In this document: positions 55,511 through 64,000 of the stretch, one piece after another | Numbering within the stretch: the stretch's first letter is position 1 | How the letters are laid out: every line of letters begins with the position of its first letter | DNA from: Eledone cirrhosa | Taxonomy: Eukaryota | DNA length: 64,000 nt | Direction of reading: 5' to 3' | Assembly: GCA_964016885.1 (NCBI GenBank) | Contig: OZ024742.1 | Location: 217,186,001-217,250,000 of the forward strand | Notes under the pieces: model-generated | What the model was told of the DNA's origin: nothing | Database searches by the model: none | What the model saw: only the letters and a program-made list of their open reading frames with translations | Position numbers and translations under genes: made by a program

Positions 55511-58500
55511 ATTATATATTGTGAGATGGAATGTTCCCAGTTGATAACTTAATTCAGTATGTGACTATAGTTCCTTTAATTTTTAGAGACAGCTGTGTGG
55601 ACCATGATGAATTCAGTTTATTAATAGCATCGATTACAGCACATAGTAAGTTCTGTGGTAAGGTGTAGTGTCCATGATTGAGGACAGAACCAAACACCTT
55701 CCTACAGTCTAGTGATACTGAAAGTAGACTATATACGTGTGTATAGATGTACATATGCATGCATATATGCACATATGTATGTGTGTATGTATGATATTGT
55801 GTGTATGTCTATGTATGAATATATATATATATATATATATCAATCTATGTATCAATTTATGTATGTATTAATCTGCCTATGTATGTAGTGTCAATTTATC
55901 TATCTATCTATTTATCTCACTGTTTGTCTGTCTGTATATCCCAACTATTCAGTAGTCTATCTATTTAAACAACATTTTCTTGTCTCTGTCTACTTAGCAG
56001 GAAAAGAGGAACAGACCCATTTCATGTCACCGTGCCAAAACAAAACAGACATCAATCAAAAATAAAACATCAGAAACACAAAGAATTAAAATAATCAGTA
56101 AAAAAACAACCACCTAGACTGAAATAATTAATGAATGTGAAAAAAAGAAAAACAGAAATTAGGACAGCTAGTGCAGCCATCAATAAACTCTTGACTGGAA
56201 TAACAGGAAATTTTAAGCTGGCAACAATGAAAGTTAAAGGTCGATGAAGATAATGAGGTCAAAGTATGAAACTCAGGAAATATACTATGTTAGAATTATT
56301 TCTTTTTTTATCTCCATTTATTTATTATATCACTGCCTCCATAAGATTATGTATGCTTCTACTAATTTCCATGGCATCAATTTTAATGATGTTTCTAATG
56401 CCACAAAGAGCTACCTTCTCATGATTTGATGGTACCTAGCTAGATCTAGTTTTGTTAAGTTCAGTAGCTGAGATATGAAAGATACATAAATCTCCATGGA
56501 TAAGGATAGGGTGCCCAGTCTATTGATGTTCTAAAGCTGATGTTTCCAGACGACCCACTAAATTATTCCAAACATCTAGGTTGACATATGTAAACAGAGT
56601 TGTGAGGATCTTATGATTGCAAACCTGACTTCTTAACCACTCAGCCGTACCTGCATCCACATAACTATATTAGTAATAATATATAAGACAATCAAAATAG
56701 AGAAGAATAGATGAAAGTATACATACAATAGTGGAGTTGGGAATTAGGAAGAGCTGATGATGACGATGTGTATTTATATATAAATATATATCATCACTAT
56801 TGATTTTACATTCACTTTCCCATGCTGGCATGGCTTGGGCAGAATGGTTTGAGACAACGTTTTCCAGCAAGATGCCCTTCCTGATACCAACTATTTTAGT
56901 TACCTCTTGTAACATGCAGAAATACAGTGTACCAATTTTAAAAACTGGGATACACACAGCATAGAGTATCAAAATCCTATACTAAGGACAATTTCATTGA
57001 CTGTACCTTCCCCAAAACATACGACCTTAGAAATCATTCATATGCTTTTCATCATCACTAAAGGTGTTAGATTGTGTTCTTGGTTCTTACACTTAATTTT
57101 ATGGGCTTCCGTTCATTTAACTGTTGGGAAAAAGTGCCTACTGAAATTCTCAGAATATGCCTCATCCCATGCAAGGAATGATTTTAAAAAACCTCCCCAA
57201 TGAAAGGAAACATTTTACATAAAATACAAAACAAATCTATCATCTGTAACCAGATAATGTTTATCAACGAAAACATCATCTCCATCTTCTTCATCGTTTG
57301 TACAGCTATTTTCCATGCTGACATGAGTTGGACTAGATGAGTCTGAAGACCATACCATGATCATAAGCTCTATTTTGGCATGGCCTCTACAGCTGGATGC
57401 CATTCCTATCACAAACCACTTCACAGAGTGTAGTGGATGCATTGTTCATAACAAATGTAAATGGAATGGAAACATAATAAATGAAAGCAAATTGCTGTAA
57501 AAAAAAAAAAAAAAAGATTTAAAGAACCAGTCTTTTACATCATCTTAGTAATGTGTTATATATTTGGGGCCTTGATATAGCTGGTTTCCCATCATGACAG
57601 GAACCTGCTAGCCTCAACTGTGGTGACGGGAAGCACCCAGATGGAATAACTTTTCTTGCTCGAAGAGGGTAAATCTCTAATCTGGGAGGTCACATGCTGC
57701 AAAACATTATCTGCCTCCAACCTTGTTACTTCAGTTACAAATTTGGGCACTGCAGCCCATAACACAGAAGAGTGGAGAATATCCAAATACCAGAACTTGA
57801 CCAACCACTTCCTTTACACTCTAAAGTGGTTGGTGTTAGGAAGGGCATTCAGTATAAAGGGCGAAAGGGTCAAAATATGGTTCCCTGACCAGTTCAACCT
57901 ATCCCAGTATGGAAAACAGACATAAAATTATTATTATTATTATTATTGGATTAGCAGGGTCATTAAAGCATCAGACAAATACTTATCAAAATTCATTTTG
58001 GCTCTGTACATTCTGAGTTTAAATCCCTCCAAGGTTAGCTTTGCCATTCATCTTTACGGGGTCAATAAAATAAAGCACCAGTAACATACTGGGGTTGATT
58101 TAATTGACTTTCTCCTCTCCAAAAAATGATTGCCCTTGTGTCTAAATCAGAAACTATTATTATGATTATTATTGTAAAGAGGTTATGGTAATGGAGTAAG
58201 AGAAATAGTAGCACACCCTTTAAGTTGAAATCTTGCCCAGGTAAATTTTGCCTTTCATCCTTCAGGAGTCAATTCAATAGGTAGCAGTCGAGTACCGAGG
58301 TTGATTTCATTTATTGTACCTACTACCAAAAGTTATGACCTTGCGCTAATGGTAATCATTATCTGCAGCAACAATGTATCATTAAAAAATAACCTGTGGT
58401 TACTGTGTAACCTCCAGTTAATCCTCATGAAAATGTGGCATATAAGCTGTTAGTTAAATAACTAGCTGTACTCCACAGGTTCATTGTTATAGATATAGCA

Positions 58501-58518
58501 TACCATACTTCCAACTAG

Positions 58519-58930
58519 TCATCATCATCACCACCACCACCATTCTATATCTACTTTTCCATGCTTGCATGGGTTGGATGGGTCACATTCCTTTGTCGTC
58601 TCCTCTCTGAAATTCAGCAATTTATAATCAGCTCTCAATACCTCTGCCCAGGTGTTCCTTGGTCATCCTCTACCACAGCTTCTTGGTACTTGTTTACCAA
58701 GTGATCATCATTCATATGCATCACATCTCCAAACCAGTGCAGTCTTTTTTCTTGCACACTTCATCTGTTTCCTTTTATACCTAATTTTTCTCTCAGTTTA
58801 GTCATGCTTTGTCATGCATATAAACATTGTGCATCCATTGAAGTATGTGCATTTCATTTCACTCAAGCCTTCACATATCCTCTGCATTTACTAGCCATGT
58901 CTCACAACCATGCTACATCACATACACGTG
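58519..58930 (-). mobile_element. Degraded RTE LINE 3' end
   Basis: Reverse homology to 22430-22870, including the tail. Confidence 0.7.
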
Positions 58931-59231
58931 TCACACAGCTCGCCTATCATTTGTTATATACATTGGCATATGATGATTTATAATATAAGCAACAGTATGG
59001 TGGCTCTTTGTCTTTGGATTAGCTTGTGTCATGTTCCTATTTAATCCTCCCAATACATTCCCTTGGATTGCAGTCACATGGAGAAATATAGATTTTCTTC
59101 TCCAAAGATATGAAGACGGCAATGCATGTGAGAGATGTCAACTGTCCCAATCAACCCAGTTTCACTTGTGAAATGAGAATGTGTGAAGTTCATGCATGAC
59201 AAAACAATACAAATGGGTCTTCCAGCTGTTC

Positions 59232-59540
59232 AATCTTCTTCTTTGAGAGGGTCATGGGGACAGAGTCCTCAAACACACCTTCCAGCAGGTCCAGTCAGAA
59301 GCAACCATCTCCAATTGATCCAGCTGGATCTCCAAGCGAAACCAGCCAAGCTCCTGGATGTTATACAACCATCTTCCTTGTGGTTTACTCTTGGGTCTCC
59401 TGCCGGTTGGTCTTGCCTGTAAAATCTGTCCAGCAATTTTGTCCATGTGTCCTTAATATCAGAGCCATCATCTCTCAATTCAGTATAGTAACGACTCCAC
59501 CTAGAGCGACTCTCTGATCTCCGAGCTACGCACTCAATCA
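59232..59540 (-). mobile_element. RTE LINE 3' fragment (second family)
   Basis: Homologous to 54230-54490 and 38820-39100 (ILQARPTGRRPKSKP). Confidence 0.75.
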
Positions 59541-59949
59541 ACTGAATTAATTCATTGAATTATAGAGTAAATGGCTGATCATTTCACTGATATTTATACC
59601 CTTAATGTAATTTTCAAACAGAATCAGCATGACACAGTGTGTGGTAAAGATGACCCTTTGGATTAAAGATACAATCCATCTGATGGGTCCCCCCACACTT
59701 TCAGTCTACCAAATTCCACACACAAACCAAGTGTCAACCTGAGTTTATAGTAAATGATGGCACACAGAGATTGAACCCTTCACTATATGACTGCAAAATG
59801 AACCTTTTGAGCCCACTTGGCTATGTCTGCACCCATAAAAGAATATATACTATAATAGAACATACAGGGAAATAATTTCTTTCAAAACAAAGATTATATC
59901 AGGATTCAGTACATTTTAATAGATGAGAAACATATCCTTCCATTGACTG

Positions 59950-60850
59950 TAAAGTGACACCAAAGACTTAAATGAAGAATTTAGTGTGCACATAGTTGTC
60001 CATCAGTGCTCATTTCTCAGTCGCCTCCTGTTTACTAGAGTTCTCCAGGTCTTAACAGAAATGCTTAAGACCAACTATATATGGAAATTACTGTATGCTG
60101 ATGATTTAGTTCTCAAAGCTCAATATGTTGTCTAGTTAGAGAAGAAATTCCAAATGTGGAAGCAAAACCTATATTAAGAAGTTTCAAAGTAAAACTAGGA
60201 AAGACAAACTTTTAGATAGCAAGAAAGACAAGAGTCTACTGCCATCTGGAAAGCGGTCATGTTCAATATACAGAAAAAGAGTAAGTAGGAATTCTGTCAA
60301 CTATGGGTACACAAGTATAGTGGTAACGTATGCAGTCTGAGTAGGAAAACTGAACACACATGAAATGAATTTGTAGTATAGATTCACCCCATCTTTGGAC
60401 ACACCACAGAAATTAATTTGCTTTGTCCATCGAAAATCCTCTCTCTGTAAAAGATATGTTTATCCTTGAGTGACGTCCCTTTATATGCTCAGAAAGTGCC
60501 CTAGAATCAGCCAATAGCTTCTGTGATTTAAGCGACCGAATTAGCAGAGGAGAGGGTGTTGTGAAAGCATAGTAGCCAAAGTAAGAATTGGGTGGGGAAT
60601 TCCATCTTCATGTGAATGGCAGATTGCATGATGCTTATGAATGGAGTGCAATATTGCATAGTAGTAAAATATGAACATCAAATGCAAATGATGTAAGAAA
60701 GCTGCAAAAAAATGAAGTGAGCACACTTTATTTGATGTCCAATAATAGTGAGCACAAATGAGCTGAAAGAAAAACTGGGTATAATCAAAAGTAGTATGCA
60801 AGATAGAACACTGTGCTGAAAAAGACATGTGATGGAGAACAGACATCTGG
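59950..60850 (+). mobile_element. Highly degraded RTE LINE RT fragment
   Basis: WKLLYADDL, EKKFQMWKQ and PSGK remnants collinear with 21720-22640. Confidence 0.7.
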
Positions 60851-62572
60851 CTGAATAACTGTACTAGAGAGCAACTCTAGAAAGTTCCATTTATTCAAAT
60901 TACTATGTACAGAAGCATAAAACGAAAGATAGTGGAATATTCAGAGCAGAAATAATTATCATAACTATCTCCATCTGTAACAGCAGTGTTAGTAATAGTG
61001 ACAAAAATGGTGTATACTAAACTACAGGGAGTTGTACAGCAATATAACCTACTGACATTTTTTTCTCCTTATAACTTGCAAAAGATAAATAACTTAATTC
61101 ATTCACATATTTGATGGTGGTACTATGCTAAACCCAGGAGGATAAAAATCAATACAAGTAAGAATATTGAGTTAACACCAAGTAAAAGTAAGCAATTCAC
61201 TATATGATTCTGAGTTTCTAGACATGATTTCAGACCATCATAAAACCTATTCCATTAACATTATTTTAAATTCTAATGCTCTTCAAACAACATACAACCA
61301 ATAACTATTGAAAGAAAAAAGAAACTGAAGTTTGAGGTTGCATTCATGATACAAAAGTCAAATAACTAAAGTAACAACATTTTTTTTCTTTTTTTAACTC
61401 TAATACGATAGAAAAGACACCAAACATTAGTCTTCACTACCCATGACAACTGAACTCTTTAAACACTTCTATGAACTCTCTTATTAAATAATTACTGTTG
61501 TACACCATCATTAGCTTCCACAGGTCCCAAATTCCACCATCGACTCCAAAGAATACATGTACTACATTACCATTCAGTTAATCCTAACACAATCCTTTCC
61601 CAATTACATTCATACATATACTCTCTCTTCTTTAATTGACAGTGTCATTAGAGTGTCAGACAAAAACTCCTGGTAGTATTTCTTCCAGCTCTCTCTACTC
61701 CGAGTTCAAATTCCTTTGAGGTTAACTTTTCTTTTCATCCTTTCAGGATTGATAAAATAAAGAACCATTCCAAGGGCAGTGAATTGACAGAATTGTTAAA
61801 GCATCAAACAATATGCCTTGTGGTATTTGATCCAGTGCTTAGCATTTTGTGTTCAAATCCCACTGTGGCCGACATGAGTCATAAACTTAAATTTGCCACC
61901 ACCCAGCCCTTGGATACCTTTAGCAGGATCCACTCTGTTATAAGTATCATTTCGGTCAGGTTTTCTCCAGTTTGAGAATGCCTTCCTTCCTCCCTCTTGA
62001 ATACCCTAAAAAGATCATAGGTATTACACTTCTCTCCTTGAATAAACAGCAACAAAAGAAAAATTACCTTTGTCATTGCTCTCTCACTCTTCTATTCACC
62101 TACTTTGTCACATTAGCCTTGAACAAACGGAGAACAAAATAGAGAAGATTCCTTAGTCTTGCAGAGTACAGGGTAACCTCTCTGGTGCTGGTGATATGAT
62201 AAAATGTACACAGTACATTCTATAAAGTGGTCAGTATCCAACAACCTTCTGATTGATAGTCCCCTAACCTGTAGGTGACATACCTTCACATTACATATAA
62301 TAATATAATATATGTATATGTATATATATATATGTAAGTATGCATGTATACGTACATACATATATGTATACAGACGTACAGTAGCATGCACATATATATA
62401 TATATATACATATATATATACATATGCATACAGGTACACATACATATATGCACGTATCAGTTTAGCGGCGCTAACGTCGCTTTGTTCGTTTGTAAACAAA
62501 CTGAACAGCCTGAATTTATGCCATACGGTGTTAAGGCAACCACGTCACCTTTTTGTTCAACACTGACACAGG

Positions 62573-62617
62573 AACGATGTACTAGTTTCAAGCTTGTTAG
62601 CTATCATCAGCACCGTT
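62573..62617 (-). ncRNA. Minimal type-I hammerhead ribozyme, array copy 1
   Basis: AACGGUG CUGAUGA U AGCU AACA AGCU U GAAA C UA G UA^ CAUCGUU: 7-bp stem I, canonical core, 4-bp stem II plus U.U, palindromic stem III ACUAGU. GUA cleavage predicted between 62580 and 62579. Confidence 0.9.
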
Positions 62618-63038
62618 TACCCATCTGCCAGATAGTTGAACGTTCGAAAGTATATACTTTCCTTATGAAAATTAACGGCTGAGCAGCCTAATTTGCATAT
62701 TGAGTGAGTTAAATCGGTCAGGCATACCGAAAACGATAAATTGAAACAAAATGAAAACGAAATTTCATTTCTCACTCTTAGTATGGCACTTACTTAAATG
62801 TAAGTATGCATGTATACGTACATACATATATGTATACAGACGTACAGTAGCATGCACATATATATATATATATACATATATATATACATATGCATACAGG
62901 TACACATACATATATGCACGTATCAGTTTAGCGGCGCTAACGTCGCTTTGTTCGTTTGTAAACAAACTGAACAGCCTGAATTTATGCCATACGGTGTTAA
63001 GGCAACCACGTCACCTTTTTGTTCAACACTGACACAGG

Positions 63039-63083
63039 AACGATGTACTAGTTTCAAGCTTGTTAGCTATCATCAGCACCGTT
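63039..63083 (-). ncRNA. Minimal type-I hammerhead ribozyme, array copy 2
   Basis: Same sequence as 62573-62617, +466 bp. Confidence 0.9.
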
Positions 63084-63504
63084 TACCCATCTGCCAGATA
63101 GTTGAACGTTCGAAAGTATATACTTTCCTTATGAAAATTAACGGCTGAGCAGCCTAATTTGCATATTGAGTGAGTTAAATCGGTCAGGCATACCGAAAAC
63201 GATAAATTGAAACAAAATGAAAACGAAATTTCATTTCTCACTCTTAGTATGGCACTTACTTAAATGTAAGTATGCATGTATACGTACATACATATATGTA
63301 TACAGACGTACAGTAGCATGCACATATATATATATATATACATATATATATACATATGCATACAGGTACACATACATATATGCACGTATCAGTTTAGCGG
63401 CGCTAACGTCGCTTTGTTCGTTTGTAAACAAACTGAACAGCCTGAATTTATGCCATACGGTGTTAAGGCAACCACGTCACCTTTTTGTTCAACACTGACA
63501 CAGG

Positions 63505-63549
63505 AACGATGTACTAGTTTCAAGCTTGTTAGCTATCATCAGCACCGTT
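63505..63549 (-). ncRNA. Minimal type-I hammerhead ribozyme, array copy 3
   Basis: Same sequence as 62573-62617, +932 bp. Confidence 0.9.
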
Positions 63550-63970
63550 TACCCATCTGCCAGATAGTTGAACGTTCGAAAGTATATACTTTCCTTATGA
63601 AAATTAACGGCTGAGCAGCCTAATTTGCATATTGAGTGAGTTAAATCGGTCAGGCATACCGAAAACGATAAATTGAAACAAAATGAAAACGAAATTTCAT
63701 TTCTCACTCTTAGTATGGCACTTACTTAAATGTAAGTATGCATGTATACGTACATACATATATGTATACAGACGTACAGTAGCATGCACATATATATATA
63801 TATATACATATATATATACATATGCATACAGGTACACATACATATATGCACGTATCAGTTTAGCGGCGCTAACGTCGCTTTGTTCGTTTGTAAACAAACT
63901 GAACAGCCTGAATTTATGCCATACGGTGTTAAGGCAACCACGTCACCTTTTTGTTCAACACTGACACAGG

Positions 63971-64000
63971 AACGATGTACTAGTTTCAAGCTTGTTAGCT
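63971..64000 (-). ncRNA. Hammerhead ribozyme, array copy 4 (cut by window edge)
   Basis: 3' part (stem II, GAAA, ACUAGUA, CAUCGUU) is present; the CUGAUGA core would lie just past 64000. Confidence 0.75.

Larger units (their letters stand above)
62332..64000 (-). mobile_element. Tandem 466-bp array, one hammerhead ribozyme per monomer (non-LTR retrozyme-like); runs off the window end
   Basis: Period 466 (unit starts 62332, 62798, 63264, 63730; identical ORF translations at 62751/63217/63683). Each unit has a type-I HHR; the left end abuts a (TA)-rich tract. Confidence 0.88.

Noticed and set aside
61918-62117. Exon-like segments on the minus strand (AG...GT at ~61918-62037 and 62068-62117)
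   Set aside because: No frame resembles the expected upstream S1P exon (GRIVLYGDSNCLD); no independent support.
62113-63964. Repeated 66-128-aa ORFs in the 466-bp array
   Set aside because: Largely low-complexity TA/CA translation; their identity reflects the tandem repeat, not coding.
62332-64000. Tandem snRNA/5S/tRNA gene cluster
   Set aside because: Despite an octamer motif, I recognise no U snRNA, 5S or tRNA sequence in the unit; the hammerhead explains the structured part.

Overview
AT-rich, repeat-dense eukaryotic DNA. The repeat spectrum (tRNA-derived SINEs, RTE LINEs with (GAT)n tails, long (TA)n/(CA)n tracts) suggests a coleoid cephalopod, probably Octopus; this is an inference. 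The only host gene I can support is the 3' end of MBTPS1 (Site-1 protease/SKI-1) on the minus strand: three phase-consistent exons at 43089-43211, 12981-13107 and 8104-8407, separated by ~30-kb and ~4.6-kb introns, with upstream exons apparently beyond base 64000. The introns hold RTE, CR1, R4-like and CRE-like LINE copies, SINEs, a Helitron, piggyBac-type MITEs and minisatellites; a Ginger-like element lies downstream of the stop. The main result is a hammerhead-ribozyme (HHR) system. (i) A near-identical 466-bp tandem array (62332 to >64000) carries one minimal type-I HHR per monomer, with a self-complementary stem III (ACUAGU), in the same sense as the MBTPS1 pre-mRNA. This fits a non-LTR retrozyme able to release 466-nt (circular) RNAs from an intron. 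(ii) Several short palindromic, (TA)n-associated, Penelope-like relics (2.6-4.3 kb, 37.6 kb; degenerate at 19.6 and 44.7/45.1 kb) also carry minimal HHRs, most sharing an unusual U.U pair at the base of stem II. Also notable: the MBTPS1 stop-codon region is present in 7 tandem copies, there is a candidate alternative terminal/poison exon, and the RTE LINEs carry a PHD finger inside ORF2.
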